Below, piece after piece: positions 49,355-62,237 of a DNA stretch of 64,000 nt. Numbering within the stretch: position 1 is the stretch's first letter; the number at the start of each line of letters is the position of its first letter. Origin of the DNA: Amoebophrya sp. A120 (lineage: Eukaryota > Protista > Dinoflagellata); NCBI GenBank assembly GCA_905178155.1, contig CAJINV010000013.1, forward strand, positions 2,532,352 through 2,596,351. The letters run 5' to 3'. The notes under the pieces are model-generated. The model did no database searches. It worked only from the letters and a program-made list of their open reading frames with translations, and was not told where the DNA came from. Both the position numbers and the translations under genes were made by a program.

Positions 49355-51122
49355 GCCCCAGCATGCGCGGCTAGCTGCACTGCGAAAAGGAAGACTGCGT
49401 GAAGAATGACTGTCTATCTCGATTCCACTCCACTTGTGCAGTCCCGCTTCTTCTGTGAGATGCAGCAGAGTTTTTCCGTGTCTTTAGCCAACTTCTTGTT
49501 CAAAATCAAAATGATCATGATTTTTCTGTTGTGCTTTTGATGTTTAGCTGCTGGTTAAATCATGACTAGAAAATGATCCTGCCTTAGACTCTTGTCATCC
49601 TCCTCGTTCGGAGCCTCTAGTCAGTATTCAAGAGACTAGCTAGTAACAAGTAGCTGCAGAAAAAAAGGTAATGCTATTTCCCACATCCTGTGCAATTAGA
49701 AGAAAAACTGCCCTTTAGAGTTTGAATCAATTACTTAGACCCGCAACGACGTCGTGGATAAAACTAAGACCAGTACGACTACGACAGTAATCGTGAGAGG
49801 ACCCACTATCAACCTGGTCAGCATTCAAGACGATGTATCCGGCGAGACGAAAGATATTGTGGCTAGAAGCTCAACAACGATTTTTTGCGACGACATCATT
49901 ATCTTCAGACAGTTGCGCCTTATGCAACGTTCACGACTACGACTACCACAAGAAATTAACATCTCCATAAACGACACATCGATATTTAGTGTCAGGAAGT
50001 CAAAGTGCAGCTGCAGCGCACAAGGTCGAGCAAACGATGCAGAAATTTTTACTCTACTGTAGTCATCTCTGCTACTTATGCAAAAACGGCGAAGGAAAGG
50101 AGATCCACATCGGGAGCGCATCATGAATTCGTGGAGGTGCACCACACCTCGGTCGTGCTTCAGGAGCATATAGATACTTTATGATCCTTCTTTTCCAACT
50201 CTTTACCTTGTCATATCACGGAATCGATGCAGTTGATTCAATATGAATGCAGTCGATGTTGCATCCAGCGAGTTTCTAGACTGATACCGTGATACTTGAT
50301 CTTGATGATAGACTGATAGTGATAGATAGTGATACTTTAAGCAAAACCTTTTACAGATGTCAGTAGGAAAACGCACTCTTTTTTCTGTTTCTGTTTCTCT
50401 TCCTTTTATGTAAGTACCTTTCTTGTGAGGACGCTCTCACTTGCTTCTCGAGAACCAGCGGCGAACGAATCCAGCCAGCTGCGCTCCCCGAGAAGTGCGG
50501 CTGGCCGGAGTTTGTTCATCTACTTCTTGGCCACGTTGACCTGCCGCGGGGGTGGCATCAAGAGTGCTACTTCTATTCGACACAGAACCTGAAGATTCTC
50601 TATAAGCTCGATCATGTTCGTGTTGATGCGCGCCCTCTACTAAATCCCGCGAAGGCGCACGTCTGCTGCCAGCACGAAAGAAATTTCGTTCTTCTTGCTG
50701 CCCACTCTCCATCTGGTGGTGGTCTGTTCTCGGCGTGGTACTAGTATTTGTCGTCCCCTTTGATGTTGATTGGTCTTCTCTACCGAGAAACAGCCTCCGT
50801 CCCCCGTGCCGCCAGAGAAAGTCACCAACAACTACGGCGCGGTCGATCGCCTTGTCGGCCACCGACCAGCGGTTTTCTCGTTTTCAATGTCCAGGGGGAA
50901 AAGACCGCAATCGATAGCACAGCAGGACACAAGTTTTTGTACTAGAAAAACGTGTTAGCCTTAAGAGGTCGAGGGAAAAAGTGTTGAGCTACAGCTACAC
51001 ACGAAAACGAATACAAGCTGTCGCTGCGCATAATTTCTGATAGCTTGACAATTCATTCGTTTTTGTAAGTCATACAAACAGATGGTAAACTTGGTGAGCG
51101 AGTGCTACGACCGAATCCCATA

Positions 51123-53030
51123 TTACCACCATACCCGGTTTTCGTAGTCCAAGCGCTGCGCGACTACCTCCATTTCTCGGTCCAACCGAGCGAAATGCGA
51201 TTTCATCAAGCTAATGGCGTTTTTCAGGGATTTCTTCCACTTGGAAAAATCATTGGACGAGTGGCTGGCGAGAAAGTCCGATCGAAATTGATGCACTAGT
51301 TTCTTCCCCGCCCGGGCAAACAGATTGGATTTGTTCTGGATCGGTGGCCTCCGGCGCGGAAGCCAGGTGGGATTGTGTCTGCGGATCGCGTCGATCATAC
51401 TGTTGGGGAAATAATTGCGGGCCAGGCTCTTCGCGTTCAGATTCACACAGGAGTAGCAGAAGAGGTCCCAACAAAAGGCGCAACACACCGCAATCGCCAT
51501 CGACAGGAAGATTGACACAAAAAAAACCTGCCGAAACTGGTGTCGGCGCTTCTCCTGCTTCTGCACGTTCTGCTCCTGGATGCGAAGCAGGACGTTTCGC
51601 CGGATCATAGCTGCGGTCCTACTGATGTTCTTGTCGTGCGTCGTTAAGCTGTGTTCTTGTTTTTCTCGGGTGGCGGTGGGATTTCCGTGAAGAGGACCCT
51701 GGTTGATGTTGTCGTGGTCCACGCTACCTTTATTCGTCGGGTCACGGCTACTTCCTTGCAGAAACGAAAAATGTTGACGCGAAGTGGACGGATCATCAGC
51801 CCCTGCACTTCTACCAGCGGTTGATGCGCCTGTCTTGGCAACTACCGACTCGCTTGCTGCTTTACGAAAAAAACCATCCGACTGATGACCCCTTTCTGCT
51901 CCAGGTGGGACGCCGGAACCGGATTGTGATGTCGCCTGGTTGCAATTTTCCTTGATGTAGTTGCTCGAAGATGCAACTACATTTACTTCTCGATTGCCAG
52001 CACCGGTTGCCTCTGCCAACACCGCCTGCCTTTCTCGTTTAGCTGCCGTACTACGGCTCCCACTGCTGAGATTGAGGGCAATATTGCTGCTGCGGCCACC
52101 ATCACCAATCGCAAGTACAGTATTTCTATTTTTTTTGCGTGTCAGTAGTGGTGCGTCTTCATTTTCATCTACTTCTCCACCGTCGACTGCGAGCTGCGCT
52201 CCTGCTCCAGAGGATGAACCACTTCCACTACGGTTGCGGCTTCTACGCGATCGTCTTGATTTAAAAGTTTTTCTACTTTCTTCAACATTCTTCCCGATCC
52301 CGCCTCCGTGGCGACAGGTCGTGTACTTCTTTCTCGCGTCACTGGCTCCACCATCGGGGGCGGACAATGCTCTTTTCTTCTGCGCGTGGTCGCCCTCTTG
52401 AGATGATCCTCCAACTCGACAGTTATTTTTTATCCCCGCAGCCGCTTTTTTCGGAGTGAACACCAGTCTCCGGTTATTGGGCAGCGGGGCACGCGAGCGC
52501 AGCAGCGTGAAAGTAGGTGTAGGTATGACGGTTCCGCCGTCGTTTTTTTCGTCATCTTGTTCTGACGAGGAATCGTCGGACTCGGAAACATATCAAATGC
52601 AAATGTGTCTGGGTCTGGAAGGATGCAACCTGTGATGCTAACTCTGGTCTCTACATAAAATCTGTATTGCGTCGTGCATGGTAAATGAGGTCCAGTTTTT
52701 GCTACTTACGCGGAGAGGGCATTTCCCATGCGATATGGGCATCAGGAAGCCGTTGCAGAATCTGTCGTGATGCTACAGCATGCATCACAGTCGTCATGGG
52801 TCATGCAAACTCTGCATGACAAACTCCGTGTTGACTAGGGCCCTGTGTTCCGGCTACTCCGGATCGCAATCGACGGAGGGCGGGACCTGCACCGGCGACA
52901 GGCGCTATCCAACCAACCAACAATAAAACTCCAGCATTCTTCCAGACCCAGACGTAGACGTATTTGCACTGGATAAAACGAAACAGCCCTGTTCGCCCTT
53001 CGCGTCGTTTCCGTCCGCGATTGGAATCAT
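51123..53030 (-). CDS. Low-complexity protein with one C-terminal transmembrane segment
   Basis: 446-aa ORF with VFFVSIFLSMAIAVCCAFCW. The frame stays open to ~52590 and joins MIPIADGNDAKGEQGCF/VSESDD after removing element 52591-52975. Confidence 0.55.
52591..52975. mobile_element. Introner of the GTCTGGGTCTGGAA subfamily, TSD AAACA/AAACG
   Basis: TATCAAATGCAAATGTGTCTGGGTCTGGAAGGATGC / GCATTCTTCCAGACCCAGAC..ATTTGCACTGGATA. Removing 390 nt is in frame. Confidence 0.85.
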
Positions 53031-53112
53031 CGGGAAAATTTGAAAATTTGAATGTGCATTTCACTTTTTCGATAACTACGTTCTTTCCAAGAATCGGGTC
53101 CCGATTCAGCAT

Positions 53113-54030
53113 TCAGTTCTTGCCTTCGACTACATCAAATGAGAATACTGTTTTTCTACGTAAGAAGTATCTATGATGCTTCCTCGACAACCACAGACTG
53201 TTCGTTTTCCCCGATTGGATACTCTGTTCGGGACTAGTCGTGCTGGTAAAAAAATTAAAGCCGGAGCTGGACGAAGATCTTGAAAACGTCGGAGAGCAGG
53301 CCGATCTACTAGTGACCCAAGCGGAAGCTGCTTCGGCTTCCTCAGGAGCCCCGCCCCCGCCGTCGTGTACTTCCAAATCGTTAATTTCCGGAAAATCCGG
53401 GCAAGCTTGAAAATGCGGCGTCTCCCGCCCTCCGTCATCAGCGGCCTCCGCCGTAATGCGCAGGGTGTTTCTCGGAGAAAGCCGATCGCAAATGACGAGT
53501 GGCTGCTGATGTAGCGCTTTTTGCGGTTTTGGTTTAGGCTCAATTTTACTTTTCACCATCCCCGGCTGTGCAGCTAAATTAGATGTTGAATCATGTTGAT
53601 TCTTGTTCCTCTGGTCGTGTTGCGGTGCTGACGCCGCTGAAACTTTTGACGCACCAGCTGATCCTTTACTGGATACGCCGGCGGCGCCCCCAGCTGCATC
53701 CTCAAGACCGTCCCGGGCGGCTAGTTTTGTTCCCTCGGCAGGAGATGATTTTTCGTTTATTTTTCTGTCCTCCAGAGGATCTTCTGTTTCTGCTTCACGA
53801 CTGGGCTCCTCAGCGGCGGTGGTGGATTTTACTGCCGCTGAGGATGGCGGAGCCGCTGTGGAAGCTGTGGTGGATGAAGGTGGTTGGTTCGCCACCACTG
53901 CCACCATCTTCATTTCGTTGTCCTTCAGAGGTGGATTAGCTTCACGACTGGGCCGAGCGGCGGGAACGTCATCCAGGGCAAATGACCAGCCATGTGGGTC
54001 CACTAGTGCGGGTGCGGCCGAGTCGTGCAT
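53113..54030 (-). CDS. Low-complexity Ala/Ser/Pro-rich exon of an unknown protein
   Basis: 305-aa ORF on the same strand and with similar composition to neighbouring genes; no domain recognised. Confidence 0.4.
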   Translation of the reverse strand: MHDSAAPALVDPHGWSFALDDVPAARPSREANPPLKDNEMKMVAVVANQPPSSTTASTAAPPSSAAVKSTTAAEEPSREAETEDPLEDRKINEKSSPAEGTKLAARDGLEDAAGGAAGVSSKGSAGASKVSAASAPQHDQRNKNQHDSTSNLAAQPGMVKSKIEPKPKPQKALHQQPLVICDRLSPRNTLRITAEAADDGGRETPHFQACPDFPEINDLEVHDGGGGAPEEAEAASAWVTSRSACSPTFSRSSSSSGFNFFTSTTSPEQSIQSGKTNSLWLSRKHHRYFLRRKTVFSFDVVEGKN

Positions 54031-54988
54031 TGTGTAGAAGTTCTTTTGGCTTCCAGTCTGTCTCCGTGGGGATGTTGCAGCTTCGCCGCTACTGCTTTTT
54101 GGAATTAGGATTAGTCGCTCCGTGAGCCCGGAAAAAGCGTCTACGGTGGAGGTGCGGGTGGAGGTGTTGGTTTTGTCAACTTGGGGTTCGTGTGCTTCGT
54201 CGTGTTCTTTTTCGCGGTCAGTGGGGTGCTTTGATATCGTTGTCGGATCACAATAAACAGATGACTGCTCTAGTAGTGTTGGTGCTCTCAGGCTTTAACA
54301 TCTTAGAATTCGAAATCTTCGTCCTCTCGCGAATTCCATTTTTGACAGGATCGCTCAATTATAGGCGAGACTTGAAGGTCACGACCACCGCCACGGAAAG
54401 AAAAAAAAAGAAAAAAAGGGCGATCATTCAAAACAAAACAAACATACTTACAGTTACAAATTAACAAAAAAAAACGAAAAACGAAGCTTTGAACGAGGAA
54501 AGAGTGCAGATATTGTACTTGTGAAGATCTAGACCTGTACCTGACTGTTTGAGTACAAGAAGTACTGACAACGATTTACTATTTGTTCTACCCGGGATCA
54601 TTATCGAGGATCTTTTCGGGACGAGCGCGCATCTGATCGGGTCGCAGTGCAACATGAGCAAGAGCACCATCCATGTACTAAAACCGAAAATAGAGGAAAA
54701 AATGATCGTAAACAAGATGGAGGACTACACCAACATGCCGACTAAATGCTCCATCATCATCTATCATGGTCGAGCTCGGGTCGGCGAAAGAAATTACAAC
54801 CAGTGAACACATACTTACAGGAACCGTCTTCTACTGAATATCTCCCTCGTCTCCGCGAGTGTATCACAAATCCTGTGGTGCACTTTTAGTCTACTACGTC
54901 GAAAGTTAGTGTTCCAAGCCGACACGATCAGCACGACGAGAAGACCACGTGACCACCAGGCAAGATGATGGACAAAACTAAGTATGTA

Positions 54989-57900
54989 TCAAATCTGGAT
55001 CTCGTTCAAATTTCCCCAGTCCTTTCCGACACGACACTTGACTTCCAAGGGGATGGGGTAGATGTCCAAGCCCGGGCGCGTCATCGCCTCCACAATTTTC
55101 GGCAGCAGAGTCGGCAACGCGTCCTCGTCGATCGAGAAAAGCAGCTCGTCGTGGATTTGCAGCAAGAGGTGGCACGGACCATGCTGAGGTTGACCAGGCC
55201 TACTACTTCTAAGGTGGTTGTTCCACAATATCCTCCTGTGTGAGGACTCATCATGTCGATGATCTGCTGTAGTTCCTGCTCCACCTTCGTCTTGAAAAGC
55301 ACAAAACTCGCTACTCACAATCCCTTCCTGATACAAGTTCAGCATCGCCTGCATCATGAGATCGGCAGCGGACGCTTGGCACAGCGTGTTCACCGCCTGC
55401 CGTTGCACCTTTCCGACCAGCTGGTTGCGCTCCTGTTTCTGCTTGAAGGACAGGTAGGGACTGGTTGTACCAACCGCCGGATTCACAACAATTTCTCGCT
55501 GTGGCTGCTGGTTGGTTGCGTTTTGCTCGCCGTGGGGAAAACCTTGGAACCGAGAGCCCGTCGTTGCTGTTCCCAACCCGCCGAATTCTCGCTTCACCTT
55601 CTCCAACGTTTTCGTGAAAAAGCGCTTTCGCCCGTACAGAGTGGTGACCGACTCCGTGTCCAGCACGGCCTCTTTGACGTCCGTAATGAACTTCTTCACG
55701 TTTGGGAAATGCTGAAAAAAGGACTCGATCAACCGTTTGGCCTCCGGAAGGTCGATTTGCAAGTCTTGCGAGATCTTCCGCGCGCCCATGCCGTAAATCA
55801 TCCCGTACACGATCTTCTTGCACCCGGATCTTTCTTCCGGACCGATTTCTGCGATGGGCTTCTGCAGCCAGTCCGCGGCGATGGCGCGAAACAAGTCGAT
55901 CTTTTGTGGCGTCGCTGGTGGCAAGGGAGGGGAAGAACTCGCGGGTCCTTGTCCGACAAACTGTGACGCGGAAAATGAAGCAGCTCCTGAAGGTGCGGGG
56001 AGAACGTCTTGCTGCGAAATACAAGCGAAAGCGCCCTTTCTAGCATGGTCATTCTGAACATTTGCATTTGTCCCATGATCTACTACTTCCCAAATAGTTC
56101 TCTTTTGCGACTGCGAGAGCGAGAGTTTATTACTTTGTGACTGGGACGAGATTTTCGAGTTTACCAGAAAGTGTTGCTGCAACTTCGGGTCTCGGGAGTA
56201 GAACGCCAAAAGCCGCACTTCCAACTGGCAGTAGTCGATGGACACTAGAAGCTTCTTCTGCGCCGGAAAAAACCGGAAGCACTCCCGCAAGTTCACGGTG
56301 AGCTTGTTTTTCCTTTCCACGTCGTCGTCTGCGGCCTCATTCGCTCCAGTCTTGTAGCAAAAGACCGGTGCCTGCGACCGCCAGACTTGGTCGGATGGGT
56401 AAGAAAGATAGTGCCGACGAGTTGTGCCGTTGTGGTTCCTTTTGCTCATATTGTGGCTGCTCTTCTGTCCTTGACCTTGATGCGCATCACCACCTGCCGT
56501 GCCAGTCTTGGCTCCACCTTGTCCTGCTGCACCTTGCTGTTGAAGTTGCAGAAAGCTAATATCCGCTTTCGCGACGTCGCAATTTTCTGGGGACGCCGGT
56601 GAGTACTCGTCTAGCGTGTTTCCCCGAAAGTTGCCGAGTTGTACCATGACCCGTTTCAAGGATTTGACGTAGTCTCGTATGCACTGCAAAAATGTCTGGG
56701 TCTGGAAACTTGTGATGCAAGTCACTCAATAACAAATGCACTGTAAAAATGCGCCGCCAAGCATGACAAGTCTTTTCGTGCTTCTGTGCTTCGTATCCCG
56801 CATGAGAAACTGTGTTTTTGCATGACATGCGAGAGAGGCTCGCCACGCAATACAGATTTAAGGGCCGTGCCAGATCAGCATGACAAATCTTGCATTCTTC
56901 CAGACCCAGACATTTTTGCAATTCATATCTCGGTTCGCGTAGCAATTCCAGCCCCGTTCGAGCCAGTACCGACAAACCGCTTTTTTGCTGTCGTTCACGG
57001 TCAAATCTGTTCTTCTGGTGACTGGTGCTGGATGAAGCCCACTCCCTGGTCCTGGTGCGCCTGGCGGAGGACCCTGGAGCAGCCCGGTGTTGTAGTTCAG
57101 GTTTTCGGGAAGAACAGCGTTGGCATTTGTCCTCATCTGGAAAGACGAGTCCAGCAGCTGCCCGGGGAAATCAAACTCATCTTCCTCCTCCTGGTCGTTC
57201 TCCTCTACCACCTCTATTGCGTACCCGTTTCTGTAGCGGCAATTCGGCGGGAGCGCCTGCGCCACCCCGACCAGCACCGGGACGGGCTGGAGGAGTTTTT
57301 TGATCTTTTCCTCGAAGAAACTCGGCCGCGAGACGTCGGCAATCTCGAAGGGATTGTCCACGCAAAGAAGTTGCGGTCCGCCATTGGTGACGACTATTCG
57401 CCCGGTGGAAGTGAAACTAAACTGCGTTTTCACAAGGGAAAATTCATCGGCGGTTGGAGCAGGTCCTGCATGAGGACGAGGCTGCTGATCCACTATATCT
57501 TCACGCTCTTGACCATTTGCAAGCACATCATGTTGCACGACGAGGGCGGGCGCAGCACCAGAGGAAAGCGCTTGCTGATCTTGTAGTTGTCCTTGTGCGG
57601 GAGGTTGTACAGCTGCGGGCGCGATAGGCAGAGTTAGATTCATCTGAACGTGATCATTCGCGCGGCCGACGCCCTCTTCCACCTCGTTCGTCCTTGTCTG
57701 CGCCATTTTTGGCACTACACGTGGACGTGCAAAGAAGTCATCCATGCCAGCTTTCACACAGCACCTCCGTAGCTTCTCGAACTTCATCATAACATGGGCC
57801 AAGTGCCGGTACTCGCTGATGTGATCAATCAATTCAAACTGGGGCTGGTCCGGCCGTATCAACTTGTTCGGCGCAGTATAATTGGTTGACTCTTCTTTCG

Positions 57901-60900
57901 CCGCATTTGTCACACCACCCGCGCCGCTGCCGTTCTCAGCCCCATTGACGTCAGAGTCGCAAGCATCCTCGCTATCGGCGTCGGAGCCACCGTGGTCTTC
58001 ATAATCGGAGTCGTCGTCTTCGTCCGAGGTTGACGCGGAAGATTCTAGCTGCCGCTGGTTCAAAATACCTTGTGCAGCAGCTCCACCTCGGCCGCGCAAT
58101 GATGCTACGGCTCCTGCTTTTGTTGTGCCTTCATCGTGTGGTTCCTTTTGCAGCACCTCATCCTTTGCTTGTACTAGTTCAACATCCACGTCCATTTTGT
58201 TCATCGTGTCGACGGCTCGTCGTGTTCCATCTTTGCCTGCCACGGCCGCCGAGGAGTTCAACACCTTATCCGGCGGTACTATTTCGTCATCTTTCGCCCG
58301 CAACGCCTTCAGCCTCTGCTCCTCTTCCAGCAAGACTGCGCTCATCACTTCCCGGGAGCTCCGGTAGGAAATTTTCCCGTTCTTTTTCCGAAACACAACC
58401 TTGCTCCGCTTGATCACGCTCTGCGCGGGGAGTTTCACCTGCAAATCTTCGAACAGCGCGCGGCCGCAGTCCTCGGAGGAAGCGAGGTTAACTCTTCGGC
58501 CCACCAGCTCCTTTGCGCGCTCCTGGATCGCCGCGGTTTTGTAGACGATTTGAAAATAAGTGTTCCATTTCGGGTCGAAGGGCATACCGGTTTTTTCCAA
58601 AATAGCGAGCGTCGTGTGAAACGGCATCATCTGGTTCTCGAACGCGTGCACCAGGTTGTGCTCGGCCAGTGCCGGGTACAGGTGGTGGAACAGAAGGGTG
58701 AAGGAATGCACAGCCGTGGTGAGCGTTTCGAGAAGGGTCAGGGGTAAGCGATGGTAGTCTGGGATGGTAAAATTCGGGTGATCATCTTCACGTAGTTTAA
58801 CACTCCTCCCTTTGCAGCTGCTCTCCGCGCCGTCAGAGAATCTTGCAGCTCCGCTTCTCAATAATCGCCGTTCGAAATTCTCCACATCCCATGCCGCTTT
58901 TTTTCGGAGGTTATCTAGCTTCGGCTGTTCGTGCTGATCAGCCGTTCCTGTATTACTGTGCGGATGGGCACGCTGTTCGACATCGGCAGGTTCGTGCAGT
59001 TTTTGTGTACTTGGCCGTATTTTCAGCTTCTCGAGCCCGTATTGTAGAGACAGTTCGTGCTGGTTTTTCACCGGCGGATCTTCCGGATCAAGCATGTAGT
59101 GCGCGATTCTGGGTTCGAGAAAGGCGATTTGGTTGACGACTTCGGCTGCAAACCCACAGTCGCGCTGGAGAAAGGTGGAAAACGCCTTCGCGTTCTCGCA
59201 GACTAAAACCTTTTTCGCACCAGCTGAAGTTGGAGGACTTTTAGCTGGGCCGCTGGGTGCTGAGTTCTTTGACACAGACGCTTCTGCTTGCTGCAACAAA
59301 GTTTGTTCGCAAAACCACTCCCGCATGGAGAGATCGTTTCGCAAGTCACATAGAAACCACTGCCCGGGGAAAAACACGACGACTTCAGTGCTGACGCTGC
59401 TTGAATTTGTAGTTGTGTTTGCCATGTTGTCGACCATGTTCATCCCAACTGGGGTTTTTCCCTCCCCCGCCAACTTGGCTTTTGCCTTTTTACCCGTAGG
59501 TCTACTCCCACTCACCAGACCTCCACTGATCGTCTTCTGCACACGCTCCATCGACAGAACGGGGGGTAGACGAGGAGCACCTTTCGCTTCGCGGTGCGCA
59601 GGAACCGAGCCGGGAATGTTTTTCAGCGCAAAATTAGATGCACTGTTCGCAGCGCTGAAGGCGCCACCTTGAAAGCGTGGCTCTTCGTCCTCCCGGTACA
59701 GCAGTGTGCTGTGCAAGTAGTTTCTGTCAAACTCTTCCTCGACGATAAGCTCCGGAGCAGCCACGACTGCGCCGGTCGTGGTCGACGCAGCGAGGGCGAG
59801 CGCAGCAAAGTTATACCCAAAATTGCAAGACGTAGATGATTTGGTCCTCACGTCCTCACTTTTTCCAGCGGTTATTTGTACTATTGCGCTGCCGCTCATG
59901 CTCTCGACGATCCTTGCACATCTTCCATCCGTTGGATCGTAATGAGAAACGATTGCGTCTGGGTTACAGCTGTTGCTCGTCGCGTTCAAAAGATCCTCGT
60001 TCATCCGCACGCCTTGTTTCGGAAAAAAGTGGTACTGCGTGTTCATGAAGCTATTCAGCAAATCCGTGGGAGAGTCCGGCTGCGAAAGAAAGTTCGGAAC
60101 TACTCCTCCTGCTGCCGCTGCGACGAGCAGATTTTGCTGTCCGACTAGAAGAGGAGCTGTTCCTTTTGCTGAACCTGCACCTCCAGCTGCGTTGTTGAAA
60201 TTCCCACTCAACGGATTGTTGCTCACCGAAGAAGATGAAACCAAACCGGCTCCTCGGGCTTGTTGTCGTTGACTCTGCTCGTCGACATGCTGCAACGATT
60301 TTTCCATTTTCGCCTGCATCTCTAGCATCTTCCAATTCTGAAACGTCGGACTGGATTTCACTTTTGCCACGTTGTCCGCATTGTCGTGTAATTTCTGCAG
60401 CACCTCTTCCAACGTTTTGGGCGACGCGCCCAGCGCTTCGAAGTCCTCCTGCGAGAGCGACTGCTTCCCGATGCGCTTCAAACCCTTTGCGAGGTTGAGA
60501 ACCTGCCTCGCGTCCGGCGGGGAGGAAGCACCGGCGGGGATCATGCCCATGTCGATGTTGCTGCTGTTGGGTACCACTATACCAGCAGGGATTTGATGTT
60601 GTAGGTGTTGTGGCGGGTGGAGGGGATGCTGCTGCTGCGGCTGGGGATTCTCGGTTGTATGAACATGATGAAGCGGCTGCAGGAGGGGTGCGGATGGAAG
60701 TAGAATACCAGGATTACGATTCGGATCGTGCTCCTGGAAAAACTGTTGAGGCTGTTCTTGTTGGGGATCGGAGTCGCGGAGGTGAGGTGGGGGATTTTCC
60801 ATATTGTTAATCAACTTGGATGAGCTAGCATTGTTGGCCACGATGTAGGGCCGTTGTGGGTCTACCGCTGCGATGATCCGGTCGCCGCGAGCAGCTGCAG

Positions 60901-62237
60901 TTTCGTTGTCGGAAACGACTCGACGCTTTTTCAGATCGGGGCCAAGTGGTTCGCTTCGGCCTTCATCCTGTTTCTCGTTTTCACTCCCGCTTATCAACAT
61001 CTGCTGCTCCTGATACAAGCTCCGCTGCTGCGGAGCAGGCACCTTTTGAAGTGGCACTTGCATTGCGCCGACTGGGAGAAAAAGCGGCTGCTGTCGCTGC
61101 TGAAAGTTGCCGCTTAACACTTGCCCCCCGTCGTGTCGTATCGGCATCCTCCCTGGCTGGTGCCCTGAAGAAGAAGATGATGAGCCCCCCGCCCCTTGTT
61201 GCGGCGGCACCACGTTAGGAACTCCAGGTGGAGCGCCTACAGGGGCACCGTACGGCCCAGTTGCTGTTGCGTAATTTCTTGAATGAAAATGAAGACCGCC
61301 AGCCCCACCGGCTCCGCTAGGTTGCGGTTGAAACGGAATAAAAGCCGCTCCTTTTGACGGACCAGCGGCTCCCTTCTGCACAGCAGGACCTGCTCTTAAT
61401 GAATTCAAGTACTCCGCACCGCTCTTCCCTTTGTTCCCCTTGTGGAGGTTCATAGAAACCCCGCCTTTCTTTTCACCTTTCTTACCCATGATGTGCCCAC
61501 TTTTCATTATCGTCCCACCTCCTCCCTGCTTCCCTTCCTTGAACCAGTTTTCTTTGAATATCCTGCGACTGACAATCTTCGCCTTCTCTTCCCTCGTTTC
61601 CTTTTTCCGCTGCTCCTTTTGCAATTTTGCAGCTTCCTTGGCCAGCACCTGCAGCTCCTTACAATCTCGCACGGAAAAGTGGATCGCCGTCGTGTGGCTC
61701 GAAGAGGACAACAGATTCTGGCTGTGGTCCAACGCCCGACGAAGCGCTTTCAGCAGCAAATTCGGGTTGTCTAACCTGCAAATCTGTTGCGGCGCATTGA
61801 AGCCGTCGTCCCAGAGCGCCTTGGCCAGCTTGTGCGACAACACCTTATACTGCGATTCCAGATGCTCGTCGGAGCAGATCGCGCGCTTTCTTACCGTAGT
61901 TGACGTTGTGCTTGCTCCTGTATTTCTATTTACCGTCATCCCTCCTTGCTGTTGCTGTTGTTGACCGGGCTCATTATTCTTTTCGGAAACAACCTCATTC
62001 GGTCCGAACAGCCAGAACATGCAGCTCAACTTGGAAAAGTCGATCTCCAGCAAACTCCGCAAATTCGGCGGGGAGTCCGTGCCGAAATGCAGCCTGCTCC
62101 GGAACTCGTCGATGACGGCCGCCAAATGCGGCCAGTTCAGCTCCTCGCAAAATTCCTTCAGTTGCGTGCAGAAAAGCTTGGTTTGGTACACCAAATTCTC
62201 CATTTGCACGACGGTCAATTTTCGGAAAACTTTCGCA
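54989..62237 (-). CDS. POLQ: DNA polymerase theta-like family A polymerase, 5' part outside the window
   Basis: Motif A SIDYCQLEVRLLA, motif B RSGCKKIVYGMIYGMG, RQAVNTLCQASAAD, motif C LLLQIHDELLF, and TSTGRI. The N-terminal FCEELNW..FRSRLHFG..LRSLLEI resembles the POLQ/HELQ helicase C-terminal region and is followed by a long disordered linker. Confidence 0.8.
56678..56927. mobile_element. Introner of the GTCTGGGTCTGGAA subfamily, TSD TCTCG, interior reversed relative to 34961-35220
   Basis: Perfect 23-bp TIR TGCAAAAATGTCTGGGTCTGGAA at 56685-56707 / 56898-56920 inside TATG...CATA; TCTCG at 56673-56677 and 56928-56932. Removing 255 nt gives YANRD/YVKSL. Confidence 0.93.

Noticed and set aside
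53110-53118. In-frame TGA between two abutting same-frame ORFs, suggesting stop-codon reassignment
   Set aside because: It is a single case. Long ORFs such as the 1786-aa one contain no internal stops, and most other interruptions are explained by elements. A different frame joins across the 52591 element.
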